A DNA stretch of 64,000 nt from Acidimicrobiia bacterium (lineage in GTDB: Bacteria; Actinomycetota; Acidimicrobiia; Spongiisociales; ZC4RG35). The notes below the pieces were generated by a model. It was not told the DNA's origin and searched no databases. It saw nothing but the letters and a program-made list of their open reading frames with translations. The position numbers were made by a program, and so were the translations under genes. Location: assembly GCA_050329955.1 (NCBI GenBank), contig JBHJOH010000013.1, positions 988 through 64,987 on the forward strand. The letters are read 5' to 3'. How positions within the stretch are numbered: the stretch's first letter is position 1; each line of letters starts with the position of its first letter. Positions 1 through 9,101 of this stretch are shown here, piece after piece.

Positions 1-1999
1 CGGAGATGGCCGGGATACGGTAGCTGGCCCAGTTGGAAGTGAGCAGGTTGCCCGCATCGTCGAAGATGACCTCTTCGAACAGGGCGTGGGTGATGCCGTG
101 GCTGACGCCGCCGATGATCTGGCCTTCGGTGATGATCGGGTTGATCACCCGGCCGATGTCGTCGACCGACACGTACTTGAGGATCTCGACCTCCCCGGTT
201 TCGGGGTGGATCTCCACCACGCAGAGATGGGTGCCGAACGGGAACACGCCGGCTCCTTCGGCGGTGAAGTCCACTTCTGCCTCGAGCCCGCCGGCGGCCG
301 CAGCCAGTTCCGCCATCGTCACCGACACGTCGGTTCCGGCCACTCTGGCGGTCCCGGCCTCCAACACGATGTCCTCCTTGGCGGCTTCCAGACGGTCGGC
401 GGCCAACTCGCGGAGCCGGTCGGCCACCTGCCCGGCAGCCAGGTGGGCGGCGTTGCCTGCCAGCGGCGCCGACCTCGATCCGGCTGTTCCCCACCCGCGG
501 GGGACCAGGGCGGTGTCGGAGGCGATCACAGTCACGTCTTCGAAGGCCACGCCCAAGCCGTCGGCGACGATCTGTGCCCAGGTGGTGCGATGGCCCTGAC
601 CATGCGGTGAGCTGCCGGTGAGGACCGTGACCTTGCCGTCGGCGTCCATCTCCACCGCCCCGAACTCGCCTCCGCGGGCAGTCACTTCGAGGTAGCTCGC
701 CAACCCGATGCCGATGATCCGGTCCGGCGATTCGGCCTGCATCCGGCGAAGCTCGTCGTATCCGGCCCGCTCCAGGGCAACCTCCAAACCATGGGCGTAG
801 CGTCCCGAATCGTAGATGGCGCCTACCTTGGTGGTGTGGGGGAAGTCGTCGGGTGCGATGAAGTTACGCCGTCGGAGCTCGGCGGGGTCCATGTCGAGAC
901 GACGGGCCAGATGGTCCATGATGCGTTCGATGGCGTAGGCCGCTTCCGGTCGCCCGGCGCCGCGGAACGCACCCAGTGCCGGGGTGTTGGTGAGGACTCC
1001 CAGCACTTCCATGTCGATCCGTGGGATCCGGTAACAGCCGGCGGCCATCAGCTGGGTACTGCCGAGGCACAGCCGCTGGTTCATGGCGGCGGCCCCCAGC
1101 TCTCCGACGGTGCGAATCGAGAGCCCCACGATCTCGCCGGCGTTGGTGGCGCCGATGGCGACGGTGGTGTCATGGCTGCGGGCGTGGCAGGTGGTGAGCA
1201 GATTCTCGGTGCGGGTTTCGATCCACTTGACCGGTCTACCCAGTTTCAGCGCCGCCGCCGCGATGAGCGGGTACTCGGGGTACACGAATCCGCCTTTGGC
1301 TCCGAAGCCGCCGCCCATGTCGGGCACGATGACCCTGACCTTGGCCGGGTCGAGGCTCAGGGTGGAGGCGATCAGATCCCGGAGCCGGAACGGCATCTGG
1401 TGGCCGCAGTACACGAGCAGCCCGTCGCCCTCGGGGATGGCCAGGATGGCGCGCGGTTCGAGCATCCCGGGGGCCATGCGATGGTTGTTGATGGTGTGCT
1501 CCACCACCACGTCGGCGCCTTCGAAGACGTCGCCGTCGGGTTCGACCCGGGACCGGTACACGGCGTTGGTGCCCATTTCCTCGTAGATCAGGGGCGCGTT
1601 CTCGGCCATCGCCCGGCGGGTGTCTGTGGCCGCGGGCCATTCGTCGTAGTCGACGAAGACCTCACCGGCGGCGTCGGCGGCGAGATGAGGGTCGGAAGCG
1701 AACACCACTGCCACCGCCTCCCCCTGGTAGCGCACGCGGCGGTCGGCGAGAGGCAACAACCGTGGCAGCTCGGGGATCATGTGTTCCCAGGAGATGTGAG
1801 CCACGTCGGCGTGGGTGAAGACGCTGATGCCTTCGGGTAGTCCCGAGACGTCGATGTTGGTGATCGCCCCGTTGGCGATCGGCGAGCGGACGAAAGCGGC
1901 GTGGAGCGTGCCTTCGGGTTCGATGTCGTCGACGAACCGGCCGCGCCCCGAGACCAGGTCGGCGTCTTCGACGCGGCGGGTCTTTGCTCCGAACTGCAT
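1..1999 (-). CDS. Xanthine dehydrogenase / aldehyde oxidase / CoxL-type molybdopterin-binding large subunit (N-terminal ~666 codons; 3' end lies beyond the window start)
   Basis: Absent from the ORF track because it has no in-window stop. My reverse-strand translation from ATG (1999..1997) reads MQFGAKTRRVEDADLVSGRGRFVDDI...PDMGGGFGAKG...GSSPHGQGHRTTWAQIVAD...VDDIGRVINPIITEGQIIGGVSHGITHALFEE. These are canonical XDH/CODH large-subunit motifs. The + strand ORFs 33..599, 86..610, 791..1840 and 1083..1586 are antisense shadows. Confidence 0.85.
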   Translation of the reverse strand, partial: MQFGAKTRRVEDADLVSGRGRFVDDIEPEGTLHAAFVRSPIANGAITNIDVSGLPEGISVFTHADVAHISWEHMIPELPRLLPLADRRVRYQGEAVAVVFASDPHLAADAAGEVFVDYDEWPAATDTRRAMAENAPLIYEEMGTNAVYRSRVEPDGDVFEGADVVVEHTINNHRMAPGMLEPRAILAIPEGDGLLVYCGHQMPFRLRDLIASTLSLDPAKVRVIVPDMGGGFGAKGGFVYPEYPLIAAAALKLGRPVKWIETRTENLLTTCHARSHDTTVAIGATNAGEIVGLSIRTVGELGAAAMNQRLCLGSTQLMAAGCYRIPRIDMEVLGVLTNTPALGAFRGAGRPEAAYAIERIMDHLARRLDMDPAELRRRNFIAPDDFPHTTKVGAIYDSGRYAHGLEVALERAGYDELRRMQAESPDRIIGIGLASYLEVTARGGEFGAVEMDADGKVTVLTGSSPHGQGHRTTWAQIVADGLGVAFEDVTVIASDTALVPRGWGTAGSRSAPLAGNAAHLAAGQVADRLRELAADRLEAAKEDIVLEAGTARVAGTDVSVTMAELAAAAGGLEAEVDFTAEGAGVFPFGTHLCVVEIHPETGEVEILKYVSVDDIGRVINPIITEGQIIGGVSHGITHALFEEVIFDDAGNLLTSNWASYRIPAIS

Positions 2000-2175
2000 G
2001 GGCTCCTCGATCGGACGGGTTCCCGATGATGGCACACGTCGCCTCGGTCGCGTACGCAGAAACGGGAACGGAGTTGAGTCCCCGGTCGCATGTCTTCCCA
2101 GATGAGACGATGCGGGCTCGAGTGCTCGCTCAAACCCTCCGAACCAACTGCGCCGCCGCGGGCGAGCGGGCGGTC

Positions 2176-2279
2176 TGTGTGCAAACCCGGACGCATTCCG
2201 CCCTCTTGTGCACACAGCCCGCCGCTGCTTCCGGGGTTGTGTGCAAACCCGGGCGGATTCCGTCCTCTGGGTGCACACA
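2176..2279. repeat. Two direct copies (2176..2216 and 2238..2279) of a ~41-nt unit with terminal inverted repeats TGTGTGCA...TGCACACA
   Basis: Read directly: tgtgtgcaaacccggacgcattccgccctcttgtgcacaca and tgtgtgcaaacccgggcggattccgtcctctgggtgcacaca. They sit in the ~600-bp non-coding gap upstream of the XDH-family gene. Confidence 0.7.
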
Positions 2280-2594
2280 CAACGGTGTGGGTACTCGATC
2301 GCGTCCCGTAGGGCGAGACATGGGTTCGGCGTCGAGGTCGCAGTACGTCCACGGCGTGATCATGTTCTCGTCGTCGCCGGAAGGCAGCCGGGGCCGCCGG
2401 CATCCCCACCAGCGACCACAGCATCGCCACCGTGACGACCAGGCTCACCCGATTGTTCGCACGACAGACTCCGCTCCGAAGGCTCCCCAACGTTAACCCA
2501 GGCACAATTGAGCCATAGTGGAGCAATGCGGGCGGTGGCGTACCATCGATCAGGGGGGTGCGACGCCCGGGATTGGAGAAGCCCGGGATCAGAT

Positions 2595-3044
2595 ATGAGG
2601 ACAGGCGTGATCATCGACTTCGGCTATGACCTGATGGGGAGCCGACTTCGTCGTATCGGTGACACGGGCATCGAGTACGACCAGCTCGGCCAGCGTCCCA
2701 TCAGGTTCGGGGCCAGAGACCTCGAGTACGACCTGCTTGGCACCCGGCTGCGCAGGATCGGTGAGTTCGAACTCGACTACGACCGTCTCGGTACCCGGGC
2801 CAGGAGCCTGGGCGAGCACGCCATCGACTACGACATGGTGGGCACCCGGGTCATTCGCATCGGTGGGGCCGCTCTCGGCTACGACATGGCCGGGAGTCGC
2901 GTCCGTCACATCGGTGCCGCCGCTCTCGACTATGACATGCTGGGGACCCGTCCCAAACGGCTCGAAGTGGCTGCCGAGGCGATCGCCGACGAAGCCTTGG
3001 TCGCGATCTTCTATGTGCTCGTGTTCGCTGCCAACGACGGCTGA
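2595..3044 (+). CDS. Tandem-repeat protein of unknown function (7 x 17-aa repeats, consensus [IL]-x-Y-D-x-[LM]-G-x-R-x-x-R-[IL]-G) with a hydrophobic C-terminus
   Basis: Part of track ORF 2508..3044. Start trimmed to ATG 2595 (MRTGVIIDFGYD...). The exact 51-bp periodicity at 2619..2975 is maintained in frame. The C-terminal VAIFYVLVFAA segment is hydrophobic. Confidence 0.55.
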   Translation: MRTGVIIDFGYDLMGSRLRRIGDTGIEYDQLGQRPIRFGARDLEYDLLGTRLRRIGEFELDYDRLGTRARSLGEHAIDYDMVGTRVIRIGGAALGYDMAGSRVRHIGAAALDYDMLGTRPKRLEVAAEAIADEALVAIFYVLVFAANDG

Positions 3045-3210
3045 CCGTCGAACGGTGTCCTCGGCCACCCGGCGCCTGACGCGGGGACGTCGAGTTCGGG
3101 TACTGCGAAGCGGTTCCCGGAGGTGTCTCCTGTGGGATCGTCGCGCTTGGGGTCGTGGCGTCGCCCGCAACGAATGGTTCTTCCCGTTTGCGTGCGGCTA
3201 CAGCCGTCAC

Positions 3211-3220
3211 TATATATATA
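3211..3220 (+). promoter_or_regulatory. TATATATATA box immediately upstream of the arsR start codon (candidate -10 element of a leaderless transcript)
   Basis: A run of 10 alternating T/A in otherwise GC-rich DNA, ending 4 nt before ATG 3225. No Shine-Dalgarno sequence fits in the gap. Confidence 0.3.
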
Positions 3221-3224
3221 CATC

Positions 3225-3557
3225 ATGATGTCTACAACGGTGTTCGAGACTCTGAGTGATCCCACCAGGCGCCGGATCGTCGAAGAGCTGCGTTTGGGCG
3301 AACGGGCGGTGGGGGAGCTGGTCGACACGGTCGAGATCGCCCAGAGTGGGGTGTCGAGACACCTCCGGATTCTCGCCGAGGCGGGCTTCGTGCGGGTTCG
3401 GGCCGAAGGACAACGACGCGTCTACTCCTTGCAACCCGAGCCATTCCAGGCGATCGATGCCTGGCTCGCCGACTACCGGCAGCTGTGGGAGGCACGTCTC
3501 GACCGTCTCGGGGTGGAGCTGGAACGCCGTGCCAGGACCAGATCGGAGAGCACATGA
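3225..3557 (+). CDS. ArsR/SmtB-family transcriptional regulator
   Basis: MMSTTVFETLSDPTRRRIVEELRLGERAVGELVDTVEIAQSGVSRHLRILAEAGFVRVRAEGQRRVY is a classic ArsR winged-HTH signature. Start trimmed from track ORF 3123..3557. Confidence 0.9.
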   Translation: MMSTTVFETLSDPTRRRIVEELRLGERAVGELVDTVEIAQSGVSRHLRILAEAGFVRVRAEGQRRVYSLQPEPFQAIDAWLADYRQLWEARLDRLGVELERRARTRSEST

Positions 3558-4042
3558 CCGCCAGACGAACCGTGGTGTTGGAACGCACCTATCCGGCCTC
3601 GCCGACCGAGGTGTGGGAGATGTGGACCACCCTCGAAGGCATCGAGTCGTGGTGGGGTCCCGACGGATTCGCGGTCGAGGTGCACGAGATCGAGGTGGTG
3701 ATCGGCGGGGTTCTCGACTACTCGATGAAGGCGCTCGGACCCGACCAGATCGAGTATCTCAACCACGCCGGCATGCCGCTCGCAACACGCCACTCCGTGG
3801 TGTTCACCGAGGTCGTCCCCGGGCGCCTGCTGGCATATCGCCACATGGCCGACTTCATTCCCGGCGTCGAGGCCTACGAAGTCGGCCACGTGGTGGAACT
3901 CACACCCACCGAGGACGGGACCCGCCTCACGCTCACCATCGACGCCATGCACGACCAGCACTGGACCGATCTGGCAGTGGCCGGTTGGGAAAGCGAACTC
4001 GAGCGGCTTCGCACCGCCCTCACACGAAAGGAACACGAATGA
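3554..4042 (+). CDS. SRPBCC / AHSA1 (Aha1-like) domain protein
   Basis: MTARRTVVLERTYPASPTEVWEMWTTLEGIESWWGP... is a typical Aha1/SRPBCC N-terminus. ATGA overlap with the arsR stop. ArsR-SRPBCC pairing is common. Confidence 0.85.
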   Translation: MTARRTVVLERTYPASPTEVWEMWTTLEGIESWWGPDGFAVEVHEIEVVIGGVLDYSMKALGPDQIEYLNHAGMPLATRHSVVFTEVVPGRLLAYRHMADFIPGVEAYEVGHVVELTPTEDGTRLTLTIDAMHDQHWTDLAVAGWESELERLRTALTRKEHE

Positions 4043-4494
4043 ACGCTCCCTATCCAATGTTGTGGTTCGACACCCAGGCCGAGCAGGCCGCCCAGCTCTA
4101 CACCTCGCTCATTCCCGACTCCCGGATCACGAACATCGAGCGCTACCCGGACGGCGTTCCCGGCCGGAGCGCCGGAGAAGTGCTGACGGTGGCCTTCACC
4201 CTGAACGGCGCTCCGTTCTCGGCGCTCAACGGCGGCCCTGATTTCCGCTTCTGGGAAGCCATCTCGGTTGTGATCGAATGCGAGGATCAGGCCGAGATCG
4301 ATCGGCTCTGGGACGCGTTGACCGCTGACGGTGGGGCCGAGTCGATGTGTGGATGGCTGGTCGACCGCTTCGGACTCTCCTGGCAGATCGTCCCCAGGAA
4401 CATCGCCGAACTGGTGGCACCCCCTGCCGCCATGCAGGCCATGCTCGGAATGAAGAAGCTGGACATCGCCGCGCTGGTGGCCGCCGCCGGCTGA
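4039..4494 (+). CDS. VOC-family (PhnB / 3-demethylubiquinone-9 methyltransferase-domain-like) protein
   Basis: C-terminal 152 aa of track ORF 3256..4494: MNAPYPMLWFDTQAEQAAQLYTSLIPDSRI...FTLNGAPFSALNGGPDFRF...MCGWLVDRFGLSWQIVP. ATGA overlap with the upstream gene. Confidence 0.8.
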   Translation: MNAPYPMLWFDTQAEQAAQLYTSLIPDSRITNIERYPDGVPGRSAGEVLTVAFTLNGAPFSALNGGPDFRFWEAISVVIECEDQAEIDRLWDALTADGGAESMCGWLVDRFGLSWQIVPRNIAELVAPPAAMQAMLGMKKLDIAALVAAAG

Positions 4495-4569
4495 CCCCGG
4501 TCGGTGATCACGGATCAACCGAACGGACGGCGCGGGTTCAGCCGCCCGGCTGATGCGAGGAAGGCCCGG

Positions 4570-4743
4570 ATGTTCGACAGTGTCGGCATGACACACACAT
4601 TCCTCGAGCTTCTCACCTGGCTGGGCCTGGTCATCGGATTCGCCGGCATGGTCCTGATCGTGTTCAGCGTGGCGGTGTCGGTGGCCGATGAAACCGGCAT
4701 CCTCGACCGAACGAACGGTCCGCTGCGCGGAGCCCACCCATGA
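4570..4743 (+). CDS. Small predicted membrane protein, translationally coupled to the sensor kinase
   Basis: One hydrophobic span (FLELLTWLGLVIGFAGMVLIVFSVAVSV). The stop overlaps the kinase ATG (ATGA at 4740). The start is uncertain (4504, 4570 or 4588). Confidence 0.35.
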   Translation: MFDSVGMTHTFLELLTWLGLVIGFAGMVLIVFSVAVSVADETGILDRTNGPLRGAHP

Positions 4744-5915
4744 CATACAGTGTCGACGTGACCGGCACACGCACCGAGCCACCCTCCCCGGTCGGTCGCC
4801 TGCCGGCGTGGGGGAACGGGATCGTCATCGCCATCGGGGTCATCGGAGCGGTCCTTGCCGTCGGGATCGATCTGTTCCTCGCCGACAGTGGCGGCCACCT
4901 GGTGCTGATGGCGTTCACCGGGCTGGCGATGTCGGCCGGTCTGCTCCTGTCATGGTGGGCGCCGGTTCCCGGAGCGGCGATGGCGATGGGATCCTCGGTC
5001 GCCGGATCGATCGTGACCAACTTCGCGGCCGGAAGGGACCCCTACTTCATATACACGCCGGGCGCCTACGAGTCCTTCATTCTCATCGCGCTCGCCTACG
5101 TCGTGGTGATGAAGGCGTCTCCGTTCTGGGGGGGTCTCACGGTGGTCGGCCTGGTCATCACCTCGGTGTTCTCGTGGGGGCTGGCGCTGCAGACTCAGCC
5201 GATTCTGTGGACCTTCGCCCCGATCCCGGTACTGGTCGTCGCCGGCATCGCCGGGATGATCCGGTTCGGCACCTGGCAGCGCGGCCGGGACGTGGTCGAC
5301 GCTCGTAACCTCGAACGCCTCGATCTCGCCCGCGAGTTGCACGACGTGATCGCCCACCACATGACCGGCATCGTGATTCAGGCGCAGGCCGGTCAGATGG
5401 TGGCTCGAACGGATCCGGAGAAGGCGGTGGCCACCTTCGACGCCATCGAGCAGGCGGGCGCCGGCGCTCTGGCATCGATGCGTCAGCTCGTGGCCAACCT
5501 CCGGGAGGGCTCCGACGTGGCTCCCACCACCACCGACGCCGCCGACGAGATCCGGGAATTGACGACGGGCTTCGGACTGCCCGGCGTCGAGGTCGACCTG
5601 CAGCTGGCACCATTCCCTCCCGAACTCGGGCCTACGCTCGTACGGCTCACCAGGGAGGCGCTCACCAACGTGGTTCGGCACGCAACGAATGTCACCAAGG
5701 TCGAGGTCGCCGTGATCGACGAAGGACAGGCACTGCGGTGGTCGGTACGCGACAACGGCACCACCTCGGGCTCCTCGGCTCAGGTCGACTCGGGGTTCGG
5801 GCTGGTGGGGATGCGCGAAAGGGTGGAGGCGCTGGGTGGCAGATTCAATGCTGGGCCTGGTTCCGTCGGCTGGGCTGTGGAAGCGGTGCTGCCCAAGCGG
5901 GTAACCCGTGTCTGA
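4740..5915 (+). CDS. Sensor histidine kinase (HisKA_3 / NarX-LiaS type) with a multi-TM N-terminus
   Basis: H-box ARELHDVIAHHMTGIVIQAQAG and an HATPase_c region (REALTNVVRHA...DNG...GFGLVGMRERVEALGG). Confidence 0.9.
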   Translation: MTYSVDVTGTRTEPPSPVGRLPAWGNGIVIAIGVIGAVLAVGIDLFLADSGGHLVLMAFTGLAMSAGLLLSWWAPVPGAAMAMGSSVAGSIVTNFAAGRDPYFIYTPGAYESFILIALAYVVVMKASPFWGGLTVVGLVITSVFSWGLALQTQPILWTFAPIPVLVVAGIAGMIRFGTWQRGRDVVDARNLERLDLARELHDVIAHHMTGIVIQAQAGQMVARTDPEKAVATFDAIEQAGAGALASMRQLVANLREGSDVAPTTTDAADEIRELTTGFGLPGVEVDLQLAPFPPELGPTLVRLTREALTNVVRHATNVTKVEVAVIDEGQALRWSVRDNGTTSGSSAQVDSGFGLVGMRERVEALGGRFNAGPGSVGWAVEAVLPKRVTRV

Positions 5916-6570
5916 CCCGATCGGAGTCCTCATCTGTGACGACCAGCCCATGGTCCGGGCCGGGTTGCGTGTGATCCTCGACACGCTCGGATTCGAGGTG
6001 GTGGGTGAGGCGGAGTCGGGTCTGGAAGCGGTGTCGAAGGCCCGGACCCTGAATCCCGACGTGGTGTTGATGGACATTCGCATGCCGGGCATGAACGGGC
6101 TCGACGCCACCGCCAGGCTGGCCGGTCCCGGCGTCGCCGATCCCATCGCCGTGGTCGTGGTCACCACCTTCGACCACGACGAGTACGTGCACTCCGCCAT
6201 CCGCAACGGCGCCAGCGGCTTCATCCTGAAGGACGTCGGCCCGGCGTTGTTGAAGGAGGCGATCGAGGCCGCCGCCCGCGGCGACGCCCTCATCTCGCCG
6301 TCGGTGACGGTCCGCCTCCTCGAGAAGCTGGCCGGCGTGAACCTGGATTCCGAGGCCCGACAGCCCGTCGACCCCCTCAGTGCCAGAGAGGAGGAGGTCC
6401 TCAAGCTCGTCGCCATCGGTCGGACCAACGAGGAGATCGCCTCCGAGCTCTACATCTCGTTCGCCACCGTCAAGAGCCATCTCTCGAATCTCTCCACCAA
6501 GATCGGCGCCCGCAACCGGGTGGAGCTGGCGGCCTGGACGTGGGACAGCGGCCGGATGCGCCAGCCCTGA
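5908..6570 (+). CDS. NarL/FixJ (LuxR-type HTH) response regulator
   Basis: Receiver domain (VLICDDQPMVRAGL...VVLMDIRMPGMNG) plus a LuxR HTH (LSAREEEVLKLVAIGRTNEEIASELYISFATVKSHLSNLSTKIG). Overlaps the kinase 3' end. Confidence 0.92.
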   Translation: MSDPIGVLICDDQPMVRAGLRVILDTLGFEVVGEAESGLEAVSKARTLNPDVVLMDIRMPGMNGLDATARLAGPGVADPIAVVVVTTFDHDEYVHSAIRNGASGFILKDVGPALLKEAIEAAARGDALISPSVTVRLLEKLAGVNLDSEARQPVDPLSAREEEVLKLVAIGRTNEEIASELYISFATVKSHLSNLSTKIGARNRVELAAWTWDSGRMRQP

Positions 6571-6591
6571 TCGACCCGCCAGCCTGCCGAT

Positions 6592-6646
6592 CCCGTTCTG
6601 GGGACGAGATCGACACTCTCGAAGTCGATTGTGTCCCCAGAACGGG
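6592..6646. terminator. Inverted repeat between convergent genes (14-bp arms cccgttctggggac / gtccccagaacggg with a nested atcgac/gtcgat pair)
   Basis: Read directly. It lies between the response-regulator stop (6570) and the quinone-reductase stop (6662). Confidence 0.5.
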
Positions 6647-6661
6647 GATTGGCGCTGACGG

Positions 6662-7594
6662 TCAGGGCTCGAGAACGATCTTGCCGGTGGTGTGGCCGGT
6701 GAGGATCTGCCGATGGGCTTCGGCCACCGAGTCGAGCGGATAGCGCTCGGCCACGAACACCCGGAGTCGCCCTTCCGTCACCAGCCGCACCAGTTCGAAG
6801 CGAGCGGCATTGCGGACCTCGGTGCCCGGGTCGGCTCCGGGGCCGCTGCCGAGCAGCTTGATACCGACCTCGCCGCCGCGGCCGAACGCCGCGATCGAGG
6901 CGATCCGGTGGCGATCGGCCACCAGCGTCAGCGACACGTCGACCGCTTCGTCGGTGCCCACCAGGTCGATGGCAGCGTCGATGCCGTCGGGGGCCAGTGC
7001 CTGCACCCGCTCGCTGAGACCCTCGCCGTAGCTGATGGGCTCGGCGCCGAGTCGGCGAAGTTGGTCGTGGTTGCGGGTGCTGGCGGTGCCGATCACCCTG
7101 GCTCCTCGTACTGCGGCCAGCTGGACCGCCATCAGCCCGACGCCGCCGGCCGCCCCGTGCACCAGCACCGTGTCGCCCGTCTTCACGTCGGTGGCGGTGA
7201 GGGCGTGGAAGGCTGTGGTGCCGGTGAGCATCAACCCGGCGGCCTCGCCCCAGTCCATACCGTCCGGCTTGGGTACCAGCGCCGACCCCGCCACGACCAT
7301 GCGGTCGGCGTAGGCGCCCGACACCGGAAAGGCGATCACCTCATCGCCAACCGTGACACCCGAATCCGAGCCCGCCTCGGTCACCACACCAGCCGCTTCG
7401 AATCCGAGGCGCAGCGGCAGCCTGGTGGGGTCGGTGCCGAACGCACCCGTGTACATCTTCACGTCGGCCGGGTTCACGCCCGCCGCTCTCACCTCGATCG
7501 CGGCCTGGTTCGGCGCCGGTGGAGCGAGTGTTTCCTCGACGAGGGTGAGCACTTCCGGGCCGCCGTAGGCGGTTGCGAGTACCTGACGGGTCAT
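6662..7594 (-). CDS. NADPH:quinone oxidoreductase / zinc-type alcohol dehydrogenase superfamily (MDR) protein
   Basis: EVRAAGVNPADVKMYTGAFG...VLVHGAAGGVGLMAVQLAAVRGARVIGTAS...GHTTGKIVLEP is a typical Qor-like MDR. Confidence 0.9.
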   Translation of the reverse strand: MTRQVLATAYGGPEVLTLVEETLAPPAPNQAAIEVRAAGVNPADVKMYTGAFGTDPTRLPLRLGFEAAGVVTEAGSDSGVTVGDEVIAFPVSGAYADRMVVAGSALVPKPDGMDWGEAAGLMLTGTTAFHALTATDVKTGDTVLVHGAAGGVGLMAVQLAAVRGARVIGTASTRNHDQLRRLGAEPISYGEGLSERVQALAPDGIDAAIDLVGTDEAVDVSLTLVADRHRIASIAAFGRGGEVGIKLLGSGPGADPGTEVRNAARFELVRLVTEGRLRVFVAERYPLDSVAEAHRQILTGHTTGKIVLEP

Positions 7595-7704
7595 GGAGAG
7601 AACCTACACGTGGATCCGGCGAAGGCGTCAGCGACTGATCGAACCGGCCGGTATCGGACCGTTAGGTAGAATTGCGGATCTCGCAGCACGAGGTGGTTCC
7701 GCCA

Positions 7705-8724
7705 ATGAGCCTTGATCGCATCCAGGCCGCCCTGCTCGGCGGTGCGGTCGGCGACGCCCTCGGTGCCGGCGTCGAGTTCTCGACCCTGGCCGACATCCGG
7801 GCTCGGTTCGGCCCGGCCGGGGTCACCGGCTTCGTGTCCGCCTACGGCCGGCTCGGGGCGATCACCGACGACACCCAGATGACACTGTTCACCGGCGAAG
7901 GGCTGATCCGGGCCTATCAGCGGTTCGGCGAGAAGGGCATCGTCGACCCGCCTTCGGTCATCCACCGTGCCTACCTGCGTTGGCTCGACACCCAGGGCAT
8001 CCAGGGTGACGGGTCCACCAGTTGGCTGGCTTCGACGCCGGACATGCGCCATCGCCGGGCCCCCGGCAACACCTGCCTGTCGGCGTTGCAGTCCGGCGTG
8101 ATGGGCACCCTCGACACCCCGATCAACAACTCGAAAGGATGCGGCGGCGTGATGCGGATCGCCCCCATCGGACTGGTGATCGACGACCCGTTCGACCTCG
8201 CCGCCGAAGCTGCCGCCATCACCCACGGCCACCCGTCGGGGTTCCTGTCGTCGGGTGCATTGGCGGTGATGTTGCGGGCGTTGGTGAAGGGCGGGACCCT
8301 GGCCGAAGCCGTGGGCGACGGGTTCCGTTCGCTCGACGGTCGTCCCGGCGCCGCCGAGACCATCGACGCCCTGGGAGCCGCCATCGCTCTGTCACAACAC
8401 GGAGCGCCGACGCCCGAGACAGTCGAGACCCTGGGGGGCGGATGGGTCGGGGAGCAAGCGCTCGCCATCGCCGTCTACTGCGCCCTGGTGGCCGAAGACT
8501 TCGACAGCGGCGTCATCCTGGCTGCCAACCACTCGGGCGACTCCGACTCCACCGCCTCGATCGCCGGGCAGCTGCTGGGGGCGGTGGGCGGGACGGAAGT
8601 CATCGCCGATCGTTGGCTGGAGCAGTTGGAGTTGCGGGCCGAGATCGAACGGATCGCCGCAGACCTTCATCGGTACCTGGTGTTGGAAGAGGAGATCCCA
8701 TGGGACGAGTATCCGGGCTCATGA
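7705..8724 (+). CDS. ADP-ribosylglycohydrolase family protein
   Basis: MSLDRIQAALLGGAVGDALGAGVEF...ITDDTQMTLF...GCGGVMRIAPIGL...THGHPSG...NHSGDSDSTASIAGQLLGA are family hallmarks. Start trimmed from 7672. Confidence 0.85.
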   Translation: MSLDRIQAALLGGAVGDALGAGVEFSTLADIRARFGPAGVTGFVSAYGRLGAITDDTQMTLFTGEGLIRAYQRFGEKGIVDPPSVIHRAYLRWLDTQGIQGDGSTSWLASTPDMRHRRAPGNTCLSALQSGVMGTLDTPINNSKGCGGVMRIAPIGLVIDDPFDLAAEAAAITHGHPSGFLSSGALAVMLRALVKGGTLAEAVGDGFRSLDGRPGAAETIDALGAAIALSQHGAPTPETVETLGGGWVGEQALAIAVYCALVAEDFDSGVILAANHSGDSDSTASIAGQLLGAVGGTEVIADRWLEQLELRAEIERIAADLHRYLVLEEEIPWDEYPGS

Positions 8725-9056
8725 CACCCGCCGACCTGTCCCGGGCATTCCTCGATGCCTACAACCGCCGTGACGCCGACACCATGCGGGGGTTGCTCGG
8801 CGCCGAGTTCAGCTACGTCCGTCCCGGGCCGGTGACGCTGGAGGGCGTCGACCGGGTGATGGACCGCTATGCCAAGGACTGGGAGGCCGTCGGCGCAACC
8901 CTTCGGGTGCGGCACCTGATGGAGGTTGGCCCCGAGGTGGTGATGGAGATCACCATCGACCGTCCGGACGGCGTCTCGATCGAGGCGGTGGTGCTTCACC
9001 GCTGGGAAAATGAGTGGTTGGTCCGCTACCGCTTGTACCGGGATGTGATCGACTGA
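8721..9056 (+). CDS. SnoaL-like / NTF2-fold protein
   Basis: MTPADLSRAFLDAYNRRDADTMRGLLGAEFSYVRPG... is a typical SnoaL-like N-terminus. ATGA overlap with the upstream stop. It is the C-terminal part of the over-extended track ORF 8022..9056. Confidence 0.7.
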   Translation: MTPADLSRAFLDAYNRRDADTMRGLLGAEFSYVRPGPVTLEGVDRVMDRYAKDWEAVGATLRVRHLMEVGPEVVMEITIDRPDGVSIEAVVLHRWENEWLVRYRLYRDVID

Positions 9057-9101
9057 TCCTGGCCCGAGGTCCGACATCGACTCCCTGGGGCTCACGCCGC
9101 C

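Noticed and set aside
33-1840. Plus-strand ORFs 33..599, 86..610, 791..1840 and 1083..1586
   Set aside because: They are antisense to the unlisted but strongly supported XDH/CoxL-family gene (1..1999, minus), and their composition is not protein-like.
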